Shown piece by piece: positions 1-10,212 of a stretch of DNA of 64,000 nucleotides. Source of the DNA: an uncultured Chloroflexia bacterium (GTDB lineage: Bacteria; Chloroflexota; Chloroflexia; Thermomicrobiales; CFX8). Positions within the stretch are counted from its first letter, which is position 1; every line of letters starts with the position of its first letter. A program made the translations under genes and the position numbers. The stretch spans positions 53,731 through 117,730 of the forward strand of contig CAVXOL010000020.1 in NCBI GenBank assembly GCA_963763325.1, written 5' to 3'. The notes under the pieces are model-generated. The model was not told the origin of the DNA. It was given only the letters and a program-made list of their open reading frames with translations, and ran no database searches.

Positions 1-393
1 GGCGACCGGTACGGCTTCTGGGCAGCCATCGAGAAGCAGGCCGGCGACTTCATCGGCTGGTTCCACTTTCGACCCGGTCCCGACGCACCGAACGATGCGC
101 CGGAACTCGGGTATCGGCTCAGGCGCCAAGCGTGGGGCAAGGGCTACGCGACCGAAGGCGCTCGGGCGCTCGTCCGCAAGGGCTTCACCGACTCCGATAT
201 CCGTCGGGTCACGGCCTCGACCTTCCAGGACAACCGCGGTTCACGACGGGTACTGGAGAAGTCGGGCCTGCGCTTCGTCCGCGCGCTCCGCCTGACACCG
301 GAAGCGAAGGTATATCACGGGATTCCTGCGGTCTGGGACGGCGACGTCGTCGAGTACGCGATCGAGCGGGACGAGTGGGCGGCCCAGAACTAA
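1..393 (+). CDS. RimJ/RimL-type GNAT N-acetyltransferase, 5'-partial (missing from ORF track)
   Basis: Frame 1 is open from base 1 to TAA 391-393: GFWAAIEK..FIGWF..ELGYRLRRQAWGKGYATEGARAL..NRGSRRVLEKSGL. Confidence 0.9.
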   Translation, partial: GDRYGFWAAIEKQAGDFIGWFHFRPGPDAPNDAPELGYRLRRQAWGKGYATEGARALVRKGFTDSDIRRVTASTFQDNRGSRRVLEKSGLRFVRALRLTPEAKVYHGIPAVWDGDVVEYAIERDEWAAQN

Positions 394-466
394 TGCTCAC
401 GTCATCCATCGAATGAGACGCGCTGCTACCTACTCACGATCACGGCGCTGTTTGACCGGACAGACG

Positions 467-497
467 GGAACGCCCCCGGGGATACGGGGAGCGTTCC
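467..497 (-). terminator. Hairpin downstream of small repeat protein 1
   Basis: GGAACGC-CCCCG...CGGGG-A-GCGTTCC inverted repeat between convergent genes; homologous hairpin at 3579-3607. Confidence 0.6.
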
Positions 498-528
498 ACA
501 ACGGGTGTGAGGATTGGAGTGTGCGAGG

Positions 529-927
529 TTAGTAGGGTAAGCCGCGCCGATCGCTGAATGGAGCAACCAGTGGCGCATCGTCGCCCGGCAACGCGTTGAT
601 CTCCAGCAAGCGCCAGCGCTCGAACGTCACGACTGGAGCCGGGGCGGCTTCAGGGAGCGCATTCATCTCGCGGAAGCGGTACTGCTGATAGCTCATCGGA
701 CGAACGGCAGCGGCTTCCGGCAGCATGTTCATCTCGATGAAGTGGAAGTTGGCGTTGGTATTTGGCTCTGCCGACGCAGAGACATCGGCGTTGGTTGTTG
801 CGTCACCGCTCTGGGTGATGGCCGCAACGGCAGCCCCGGTTCCCAGGACCCCCAACAGAAGAACGATGATCACGGCGATCCGAATCTGATTGCGCTGAGT
901 CCGCTTGACGGTTGCTGTTGCCTGCAT
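529..927 (-). CDS. Small exported or membrane-anchored protein with three F-x-E-[MI]-N-x-LP repeats (copy 1)
   Basis: 132 aa; AGGAGG RBS; basic N-terminus and hydrophobic segment; repeats FHFIEMNMLPE, YRFREMNALPE, WRLLEINALPG; paralog at 3650-4041. Confidence 0.85.
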   Translation of the reverse strand: MQATATVKRTQRNQIRIAVIIVLLLGVLGTGAAVAAITQSGDATTNADVSASAEPNTNANFHFIEMNMLPEAAAVRPMSYQQYRFREMNALPEAAPAPVVTFERWRLLEINALPGDDAPLVAPFSDRRGLPY

Positions 928-1000
928 TGTGTGCCTCCTGTTTGTCTGCTATCCCCGGATGTCATTCGACAATCACAGCATGCGTTCAGGGGCGAGGAGG

Positions 1001-1055
1001 CACATCCCGCGACCTGATCAATCGCGGCACGCATGGTAGTAGTCAGGGCTGACTA
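1001..1055. promoter_or_regulatory. Putative LuxR-HTH operator: TAGTCAG-GG-CTGACTA (1040-1055) plus CACATC..CCTGATCA block
   Basis: Perfect 7-2-7 palindrome; the same blocks recur in the same order at 4118-4176. Confidence 0.6.
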
Positions 1056-1070
1056 TTTCGTTCGCAGCGG

Positions 1071-3382
1071 TCAGGCCAGCCCGTGCCGGACGGCATAGGC
1101 TGCGGCAGCCGTCCGCGACTCCAGCCCGAGCTTATTCAGGATGCTGGCGACATGGTTGGCCACCGTGTGCTGGCTGATGAACAACTCGGCCGCGATCGAT
1201 GGGTTCGAGTTCCCATCAACGATCAACCGCAACACGTCCAGCTCGCGTTCGCTCAACACTGACCGTACGGTTGCTGCCGGTTCGTCCAACTCAGCGACAC
1301 CACTGATTGCCAACTCAATCGCATCCTCCAGCGACATGCGCTGTCCGGCTAGCCATTCGGCATCGAACGCCTGCTCATCAAGCTCCGCGCGGACAGTCCG
1401 GATAGAAAGGTCATGTAGCGGCACCGAGGTTGAAATGATCGGAGTTCGAATACGCCTTCGAAGCTGATCCGCCGCGCCGAGGAGTTGAGCGGCGCGGCGT
1501 GGCTGGTGCAGTCCAGCCGCGACGCCAGCCAACCCCTCGATGAGGTGGGATATCGGCAGGATCTCGTCAGCCTGTTGATACCAGCGCAGGCTCACGGAGA
1601 ACATCTCCTGTGCCTGGGTCAGATTCCCCTGTCGCAACGCAATATCCCCCAACTCGCCCTGCCATGTCACAACGGCATCAAGATCGCCGTTGCGGAGGTC
1701 GCGTTCCAGACCCTGGTTGGTCAGGTTGGCCGCCAACTCCAGATCGCCCTGCGCGATGGCGACACCGACCATATTGGCGATCGTGTAGCTCATCACCCAT
1801 GGATAGACGATCGACCGCTGGATATGCAGACTCTCCTCGTACAGTCGCATCGCCAACGGATAGTCGCCGGAGAAATGCGCCGCCCGGCCCAGACCGTGTA
1901 ACGCACCCAGGCTCCCGACCTGGTCACCCGCCTGTTGAAACAGATCGAATGCCTCCTGCGCGCACGCTCGCCCGTGCTCGTAGTCACCCAGGAACACGGC
2001 CAGCGTCCCAAGATGGCTGAGGGCCCAGGCACGCTCCAATGACGGCGTTGAGCACGCCGCCAGTGCTCGCTCAAGCCAGCGTCGTCCTTCAGTCCAGTGG
2101 TCGGCGATATGCCAGTAGAAACCGAGCTTCGCCACGATCCTGATCGCCGCGGCTGAATCGTGCTCCAGCGCCCAGTCGAGCGCGACACGCAGGTTGTCGT
2201 GCTCAGCCTTCACGTCCGCAATCCACAGATGCACCACTGCTGGCGACATGTCCTCCCAGGCGAGCCGGTCGAGCCGTTGCAGGTACCAGGCAACGAACCG
2301 GCGCATGACATGCTGGCGATCGGCATCGGCGAGCCGCTCCTGCCCGTACTCGCGGACCGTGCTGAGGATCGTGAACCGCGCGTGATCGGCGCCATCCGTG
2401 TGCTCCATCCGGCGCACGAGGCTGTGGTCGAGCAGCGCGTTCAAGCTGTCAAGGACCGGGGCGCCAGTCTCGCAGATCGCCTCGATTGCCTCGATCGTCC
2501 AGCCTCCCGCGAAGACAGACAACTGATAGAACAGCGTCCGATCTTCCTGACTGAGCAGGTTGTCACTCCAGGTGATCGTGTTACGCAACGTCTGCTGGCG
2601 GGTTGGCGCGTCGCGTGGTCCGCCGGTCAGTAGCGACAATGGGTGCTCCAGGCGGGCTAGCAGTTCGACGGGCGGAAACGCCTTGCAGCGTGCGGCCGCC
2701 AGTTCGATCGCCAGTGGGAGCCCGTCCAACCGGTGACAGATGGCAGCGATCGCGGCCGTGTTCGCTGGTGTTACAACGAAGCTCGGTTGAATGGCGCGCA
2801 CCCGCTCGATAAACAGCATTGCGGCAGGCGAGGCGGTCAGGTCATCGGGAGAAAGCTGATCTGCCGATGCCGGCAAGCCAAGCGGCGTGACCGGATACTC
2901 GCGCTCGCCATAGACGTGCAGCGCAATCCGGCTGGTGGCCAGAATCGCGAGATTCGGACACCGTGCCAGCAACTCACCGAGCGACGGCGCTGCCTCCACG
3001 ACGTGCTCGACGTTGTCGATGACGAGCAGCAGCCGCCGCGAACCGAGCGCCACTGCAAGCCGGTCAAGCGGCGTCGTGTCCGGTGCTTCAGCAATCCCCA
3101 GGGCTGCGGATACTGTTGGGATGACGAGCGTATGGTCGCTGAGTGGGGCAAGCAGCACGAGCGACGACACCGTCCAGGAATGCCTCTCGCAGGCGACTCG
3201 GCAGCAGCGATCGCCAGCCGCGTCTTGCCGACACCGCCCGGCCCGGTCAGCGTGAGCAGCCGGTCATCGGCTGGCTCCAGAAGGTCGCAGAGGTCGGTGA
3301 TCTCACGCTCGCGGCCGATCAACGGGGTCAGCGGAGATGGCAATTGATTGGTTCGCTCAGACGACGATGTGACGAGCATCAT
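1071..3382 (-). CDS. STAND (NB-ARC-like) ATPase-TPR-LuxR HTH transcriptional regulator, copy 1 (indel near 3170)
   Basis: [12 protein letters not shown], Walker [35 protein letters not shown]-like helices, C-terminal [29 protein letters not shown]. Confidence 0.92.
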
Positions 3383-3578
3383 TCGGCTCGCTTCCCCACC
3401 CGGTTGCTGACCGCGCACCCGTGATATTCCATCTTCGCGAGCGCAATGCAATGTGTCAAGTCATTCAGTTTGTCGGATACGGAATTGCGTAACAGTTGCC
3501 TGTGCGAACCACCATGTCGGGTCCAGCCGGCTAGCTGGTGGTTGCGGCATCAGCGCAACATCGGACAGCGTACACGAC

Positions 3579-3607
3579 GGAACGTCCCCGAATCACGAGG
3601 ACGTTCC
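3579..3607 (-). terminator. Hairpin downstream of small repeat protein 2
   Basis: GGAACGTCC...GGACGTTCC 9-bp stem, homologous to 467-497. Confidence 0.6.
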
Positions 3608-3649
3608 TGAAAGGTGTGAGGATTGGATGGTGCGTCGATCAGTTGCGCC

Positions 3650-4041
3650 CTAGCCGAGGGTCGCCGAATGGAGGAATCGAATGTCGATTCGCCGCCAGGC
3701 AGCTCGTTGATCTCGTTGAAGTGCATGGTCTCGATATGTCTGAACTGTAGACGGCACCAGATCCGCCATCCGGTTCATCTTGATAAACTGCTGTCGATCG
3801 ACGGCTCGCATCCGCGCTGGTGATGCATCTGGGAGCTCATTCATCTCTGCGAAGCGGAAGCGTATCGTTCGTCTTCGGCTCGACAACCGAAGAAATCGGC
3901 GCGACTACCGATGGCGATTCGTCGCGAGTCAACGAGACGGCAACGCCGGCCAGGGAGTACGCCCAACAGAACGGCGGAGATCGCCGTCACGATCCAGACT
4001 GGGTGAACGTGGAAGCGGCGTGTCGTTGATGTTACCTGCAC
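3650..4041 (-). CDS. Small exported repeat protein, copy 2 (about three indels; split in ORF track)
   Basis: Joined frames give [78 protein letters not shown], collinear with copy 1. Confidence 0.75.
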
Positions 4042-4117
4042 GTGGCTTGCTTGTTCCAGTATCGTACGATCCTCACACTGCTTGGACAGTTAGAGGATGT
4101 GCTCAGAGGCAGGGCAT

Positions 4118-4176
4118 CACATCGGCGGCAAGCCTGATCATTCGTGGGGCGGCCGGCGGTAGTCAGTGTCGACTTA
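4118..4176. promoter_or_regulatory. Second copy of the putative operator (TAGTCAG-TG-TCGACTT at 4160-4175; CACATC..CCTGATCA)
   Basis: Same position relative to the regulator stop and same motif order as 1001-1055. Confidence 0.5.
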
Positions 4177-4189
4177 TCGCGGTAAACCG

Positions 4190-6575
4190 TCAGACTCAGC
4201 CCGTACCGAACGGCATACGCGGCAGCCGCCGTCCGCGATTCCAGCCCGAGCTTGTTCAGAATGCTGGCGACGTGGTTGGCGACGGTGTGCTGGCTGATGA
4301 AGAGCGTCGCGGCAATCTCCTGATTCGTCAGGCCGTCAACGACGAGACGAAGCACCTCTAGCTCTACGCGCTGAGAGACCAGCCTGATGTGTGGCGAGCA
4401 ACGACCTGGTGGCTGTAGGACGGACGCTGGATAACCTCCAGCGCATAATCGAGAGATTGGTCGAGCGACATTGCGCGACCCGCTCAGCCCATGCGGCGTC
4501 CCAGGTCTGCGGGACCAATGCTGCGACTTCAGCGATCGGAACGTAGACGCTGGTAATCCTTGCGCTCCAACGGCGGGACTGGTACACCAAAGGCGCTCCC
4601 GTAAGTCGGTCGGCAGCGCCAAGGAGGGCTAGCAACACGGTCTGGCTGGTCATCGGTGCGCTGAGAATCCAGGCAGCATGTCTTCGAGCGTCTGGGCGGC
4701 GATCGTGGATCCGCGATAGGGCGTCTGAAGGACGGTCGATGCTCTCCTGGAGCAGAGCCGCGGGCGATCGGTACATCTCCCTGCGTACATGGCTCCAATC
4801 GCTGCGTCGATCGGCAGCGAGCAATGCGATGCCGCTCACATCTCCGGCATCGCGCGCCAGCGCGAGCGCCTCGTCAAGGAATGCGGCGGCGCGCTCAAAG
4901 TCACCAAGTGTCAATGCCAACCGAATCCGAGGTTGCCGAGCCCGGTCACCAACGGAGACATCGATATTGCGAGATCACGCGCGCAATCCTGGTAGCTCTG
5001 TTGATAGAGCCGATCCGCCTGAACGAGATCGCCCTCGAACATCGCGATCCGCGCCAGACCGATACAATGCTTCCGCGCAGTGCCACGCTGATCATTCAAT
5101 CGGCTGCGTACATCGACAGGCTTTCCTCGGTCAAGGATCCTGACGCTGCAGCATAATCGCCTTGAGTTATCGCGAGGAAGCCTGCAAAGCCACAGCGCGT
5201 CCGCCCGCGTCAGTTCCGGAAACCGTGGATATCATTCAGGGCAAGCTCGAACCAGCGGCGCCCTTCGCTGAAGTATCCACGAGCCATCCAGTAAGGGCTG
5301 GTCGCGCGGTTCAGCCTGAGGGCCAGATCAGGCTCGCGCTCCGCGGACCAGCGAAGCGCCGCCCGTAGATTGTCGAGTTCGACATCACCGCGCCGTAGCC
5401 ACGATCAACTGGCTCGACGGACCATTCGAGTCACGCGCTACCCGCTCCATCCAGTCGAGGAAGTAGCTGGCGTGCCGGCGATGCGTCTCATCACGCTCAT
5501 CCGGCGTCATACACTCCAGGCCAAACTCACGGATCGTCTCGAGCATGCCGAAGCGCGGTCGCGTCTTCAGGCTCGTCGGTCGCTGGCGTTCGTGACTCAA
5601 TCAGGTTGGCCTCTACGCAGCGCGGATCAATCCATCCAGTGATGTCGATCGTCTCGCCATCCCAGCCGGTACAGACAGACTCGGCAGCGGCGAGAGTGAA
5701 GCCACCCGACGAACACGGCCAGGCGTCGGAACAACTGCCTGCTCAGGCGGATCGAGCAGGTCGTAGCTCCAGGCGATCGTGTCACGAAGCGTCTGTTGGC
5801 GGGTCGGCGCGTCACGCGGTCCGCCGGTCAGCATCGACAACGGATGCTCAAGTCGAGCCAGCAACGCGGCGGGCGGGAACGCCTTGCAGCGCGCGGCAGC
5901 CAACTCGATTGCCAGCGGGAGGCCGTCCAGCCGGCGGCAGATGTCTGCGATCGCGACCGCATTCGCTGCGGTCACGACGAAGTCCGGCTGGCTGGCGCGC
6001 ACCCGCTCGACAAAGAGAGTGCGGCAGGCGATCGGTCAGGTCGATCGGGGGACAACGGCGACATCGATCACCGGGACGCCAAGCGGCGAGACTGGGAAAC
6101 TCGCGCTCGCCATAGACATGCAGCGGAATCCGGCTGGTGGCGAGAACCGACGAGATTCGGACAACGCGCCAGCAACTCACCGAATGCCGGGGCTGCCTCC
6201 ACCACGTGCTCGACGTTGTCGATGACGAGCAGCAAGCGCTGAGCACCGATGGCCGCCGTCAGCCGGTCGATTGGTGTCGTGTCCGGCGCTTCCGCGATTC
6301 CCAGCGCCGTGCGTGATCGTTGGGACGACGAGCGTATGGTCTCCAAGTGGAGCAAGCAGCACGAGAACAACACCGTCGGGGAACTGACCTCGAGCGCGTT
6401 CAGCAGCAGCGATCGCCAGCCGCGTCTTACCAACGCCACCCGGCCCGGTCAGCGTCAGTAGCCGCACCTCCGGCGATTCGAGCATCGACCGGACAGCCTC
6501 CATCTCCGGCTCACGCCCGATCAGCCGCGTCAGCGGCCTGGGGGGTGCGGCGAAGCCGTGCGATGGAATAGACAC
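4190..6575 (-). CDS. STAND ATPase-TPR-LuxR HTH regulator, copy 2 (many indels)
   Basis: Fragments: [97 protein letters not shown] (identical to copy 1 in the HTH). Confidence 0.85.
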
Positions 6576-6712
6576 AGGCGGATCTCGGTTCTGTCATGCG
6601 CAACGTGGACACTGGCATGATGACGACTCGGTCCGGATACGTCAAGCGCAGATCGAGACGTGCATCGGCAGGTATCATCAGTGTGGAATGAGGGAGGAAT
6701 GTTCATTGGCTG

Positions 6713-7516
6713 ATGACGATACAGGACCCGAGCCGTGACCAGGCGCAGGCACAGGCCGAGCTGGAAACGACCGAGCAACGACCGGAAATCACCCCACCAA
6801 CAATCGAGAAGCGCGCGCTGGTCGTCGTCGCCCACCCGGACGACGCCGAGTTCTCCTGCGGCGCGACCGCCGCCAAGTGGGCGCGAGACGGCTGGGAGGT
6901 GTCGTTCCTGATCGTGACCGACGCGACCGGCGGTGGCGACGACCACGCGACCGACGTTGGCCCGGCAGCACGGAAAGTGATCGCCGACACGCGCAAGGCC
7001 GAGCAGCGGGCCGCCGCCGAGGCGCTTGGCGTTTGCAACGTCGAGTTCCTCGACTACCCAGATGGCCGGATCGAACCGACGCTGGAACTGCGCCGCGACA
7101 TCGTCCGCGTCATGCGCCAGTTGCGGCCGTGGATCGTCGTCTGCCCCAGCCCGGAGCGCCGCTGGGACCCGTTCTTCATCGGCCGCCACCACCCGGACCA
7201 CCTGGCCGTCGGCGTCGCGACCTCAGCCGCCGTCTACCCCGCCGTCCGCAACGCCTGGGACTTCCCGGAACTGCTTGACGAGGGGCTGCGCGAGTGGCGC
7301 GTCCACGAACTCTGGATCGTCGGCGCGCCGATCTCCAACCACTTCGTTGACGTCAGCGACACCGTCGACGCCAAGATCGAAGCCCTTCGCGCGCACCAGT
7401 CGCAACTCGGCCAGCACATGGAGGAAGTCGAGCGCTCTGTCCGCCGTGGCCTTGCGATGATCGGCGCCCGCCACGGCGTCGCCTCCGCCGAGGAGTTTCA
7501 CCGCGTCGTTATGTAG
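6713..7516 (+). CDS. PIG-L/LmbE family deacetylase
   Basis: AHPDDAE and HHPDH metal-binding motifs; KIEALRAHQSQ. Confidence 0.93.
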   Translation: MTIQDPSRDQAQAQAELETTEQRPEITPPTIEKRALVVVAHPDDAEFSCGATAAKWARDGWEVSFLIVTDATGGGDDHATDVGPAARKVIADTRKAEQRAAAEALGVCNVEFLDYPDGRIEPTLELRRDIVRVMRQLRPWIVVCPSPERRWDPFFIGRHHPDHLAVGVATSAAVYPAVRNAWDFPELLDEGLREWRVHELWIVGAPISNHFVDVSDTVDAKIEALRAHQSQLGQHMEEVERSVRRGLAMIGARHGVASAEEFHRVVM

Positions 7517-7548
7517 GGAACACGAGTCGGGAGAGCAAGGGCCAAAAG

Positions 7549-7585
7549 CCCCCTCTCCGCGTCGGAGAGGGGGTTGGGGGTGAGG
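7549..7585. repeat. REP-like palindromic element
   Basis: CCCCCTCTCC-GCGTC-GGAGAGGGGG-TTGGGGGTGAGG; 10-bp stem with G-rich tail. Confidence 0.7.
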
Positions 7586-7588
7586 TCC

Positions 7589-8311
7589 GTGAACGCCGAT
7601 CTGGACAAAGTCACATCTGCACGGAGCATCCTGATCGTCGGTGCGCACCCGGACGATCCGGACGCGTTCGCGGCCGGGACCGTCGCGCGCTGGACGGCAA
7701 CTGGCGCGCAGGTGCGCTACCTGGTCGTGACGTCGGGTGACAAGGGCGTCCCGAATGACGAGATCAACGATCCGACCCGTTTCATCACGATGCGCGAGGA
7801 GGAGCAGCGCCGCTCGGCAGCCCTGCTCGGCGCCGAGGAAGTCGTCTTCCTGCGCCACCGCGATGGCGAGGTGATGGATACGCTGGAGCTGCGCGGCCAG
7901 ATCGTGCGCGAGATTCGGCGCGCGAAGGCCGACCTGATCGTCACCCACGACCCGCTGACGAGAATGTTTCGCCAGCACCCCGACCACCGCGCCGTCGGTT
8001 TCGCGACGTTGGCGGCGGCCTTCCCCTCCTGCCGGCTCGCCAGCTTCTACCCCGAGCAGATGTCCGATGGTCTGGAGCCCCACAGTGTACACATGCTGCT
8101 GCTCGGTGGCGGCGACCCGACCGATTGGAACCTGTACGTCGACATCAGCGAGACGTTCGAGCGCAAGATCGACGCGCTCAGCCTCCACGAGAGTCAGGCA
8201 TCAGCCTTCGTCGGAGGACTCCGTTCCCGCATGACCCAGCGTGCCAAAGATATGGGTGCCCCGGCCGGACTTGAGATGGCCGAAGCCTTCACGTTCGTCT
8301 GGCTCGACTGA
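7589..8311 (+). CDS. PIG-L/LmbE family deacetylase (second paralog)
   Basis: GAHPDDPD, VTSGDKG, QHPDHRA, KIDALSLHESQ. Confidence 0.92.
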   Translation: MNADLDKVTSARSILIVGAHPDDPDAFAAGTVARWTATGAQVRYLVVTSGDKGVPNDEINDPTRFITMREEEQRRSAALLGAEEVVFLRHRDGEVMDTLELRGQIVREIRRAKADLIVTHDPLTRMFRQHPDHRAVGFATLAAAFPSCRLASFYPEQMSDGLEPHSVHMLLLGGGDPTDWNLYVDISETFERKIDALSLHESQASAFVGGLRSRMTQRAKDMGAPAGLEMAEAFTFVWLD

Positions 8312-8593
8312 CCGCGAGCGAACTCGACAGGCGAGGACGGAGGACAGTCTCATCATCGCCTGTCGAGTTCGTTCATCGTCACAACGTGCATCTCCGTGTT
8401 GGACGCGGTACACTACACTCACGCAAAACATGAGTGGTCCAGCCTGTGTACAAGTCGTTGCCTGCATGCCGATCCACCCCGGAAGTTGCGGTACCTTCTG
8501 TGCCAGATTGTCATGGACGGGAACCACACTCTTCCCATTCACCCTTCAGCATGGTCTGAGTGCCTGCAACGACGGTGGCGGAGAGGGGTGAGG

Positions 8594-9217
8594 ATGTCCG
8601 AAGCTTCGTTTCCGGTGCAGCTGATTACGCGTAGCCTCGTGACCGCGTTCGAGGCTGGGGCCAGCGAGATACCCTCGCCGGAAGGCCGCGTGCTGATTGG
8701 CCAGGTGGCGCTGCGCACGCTGATGGACACGCATCTCGATGAAGAGACGCGCGCTGCGATGAGCGTCTCCGAGCTGCTGCTCTCGATCACCGAGGATGAG
8801 CCACGCGTTCTCGTCCACCACGCGGTCCGCAATCCCGAACCGCCGGATTGGGACTGGTCGTTGGACAGCTTCCAGATCGGAAAGCGCGGGTACATCGCGT
8901 TGATTCTGGGCGAAGAGGACGAGGAGCCGTTCCAGCCGGTATATGGGGCCTGGGAGCCGTTCGAGAGCCAGATCGCATTTGAGACCTGCTTCGTCGCTGT
9001 CTACGAAGCGTACCTCGATCCGATCCTGTTTGGCACCCACGTCTGGCTCGGCAACGGCGTCAATCGCCGTCTGATGTCTCGCGCCCTCTGGGCCGGCCTC
9101 GAACGCGCGGATATTGTCCGATGGGAACAGCTCCGCGATTATGCGCTCCCGCTCGACACCCCGAAAGGCCGCCGCTCCGTCCTCAACTACTACCTGCGAA
9201 ACGCACCGGAACCGTAG
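8594..9217 (+). CDS. Hypothetical protein (207 aa)
   Basis: GAGG directly before ATG 8594; protein-like composition; followed by a palindrome; no family recognised. Confidence 0.7.
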   Translation: MSEASFPVQLITRSLVTAFEAGASEIPSPEGRVLIGQVALRTLMDTHLDEETRAAMSVSELLLSITEDEPRVLVHHAVRNPEPPDWDWSLDSFQIGKRGYIALILGEEDEEPFQPVYGAWEPFESQIAFETCFVAVYEAYLDPILFGTHVWLGNGVNRRLMSRALWAGLERADIVRWEQLRDYALPLDTPKGRRSVLNYYLRNAPEP

Positions 9218-9233
9218 GCGAGCGACGGTAGCC

Positions 9234-9265
9234 GTTGGAGTTGGACGGCGCCGTCCAACTCCAAC
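9234..9265. terminator. Perfect 32-bp palindrome between convergent genes
   Basis: GTTGGAGTTGGACGGC|GCCGTCCAACTCCAAC. Confidence 0.7.
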
Positions 9266-9284
9266 ATTTGGCATCCCCTCGTCT

Positions 9285-10059
9285 CTAGATCGACACCTGC
9301 ATGAAGCGGTCGATCATGGCGTTGACCTGGTCGGGCACTTCCAGTTGGTTGAAGTGGCCTGCGCCAACGGTCTGGCCGATCATCACGTGCGGACATGCCT
9401 CGCGGAGCCGGTCCAGGTCGGCCAGCGGCACAGCGGCGTTGATCAGCAGGGCTGGAGCCTTGCAGCCGGTCGCCGAGCCGGCTGTGTCGCAGGTGAAGAT
9501 CGACTCCATCGCCGAGTGCATGACGTACTGGGGTGCGCTCGCCATATGCTCGACGATCTGTTCCTTACGCTTGGGGTCATCGGTCGGCAGGAACAGCATG
9601 TTGCTGACGAAGCCGCGAGAGACGTTCTGATAGTCCGGACTTCTGAGCCCCTCAACGAACGCGGGAATTTGAGACGCCAGCGCCTCGGGTGGAACGAGCG
9701 GTGCGTCGATCGCGACGACGGCCCCGACGAGGTCCGGGTGGCGTGCAGCCATCTCGAAGGCGACGACACCGCCCATGCTGTGGCCAACGACGACCGGGCG
9801 AGTCGACGCCCAGTTGCTCACAGAGAAAGGCCAGGTCGTCAGCGAAGCCAGCCATCGAGTATTCCTGCTCCGGCTTGTCGCTGTCGCCGTGGCCGCGCAG
9901 ATCGACCGAAATTACTCGGTGCTGCTTGCTGAAATGTTCGGCCTGCGGGGTGAAGTAGGTGTGATCGCACGTCCAGCCATGGACCAGCAGCATGGGCGGG
10001 CTGCCGGATCCCTGCTCCTCATACGCGAGGCGCACGCCATCTCGACTGAGGGCCTGCAT
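9285..10059 (-). CDS. Alpha/beta hydrolase (indel near 9800)
   Basis: LLVHGW, DLRGHGDS, GHSMGG nucleophile elbow, GAGHF. Confidence 0.92.
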
Positions 10060-10212
10060 GGTGAACCTCCTCGTCTGACATCGTCCGGCTCAATCATCTG
10101 TGTTGCCCATGATAGCGCATCTGGTGGCATTGCAGGGACTACTGTTGCCATACGAGCGATGAGTTGCCGCCCATCTCCTGAACGCAGCTCACGCTGGCCG
10201 GCCAACTGGCCG

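Noticed and set aside
529..927. Classical RiPP biosynthetic cluster
   Set aside because: No radical SAM, YcaO, lanthipeptide, ATP-grasp or peptidase-transporter genes nearby; kept only as a precursor-like architecture.
1195..1220. tRNA T-loop-like GGTTCGAGTTCC
   Set aside because: Lies within the LuxR HTH coding region, with no cloverleaf.
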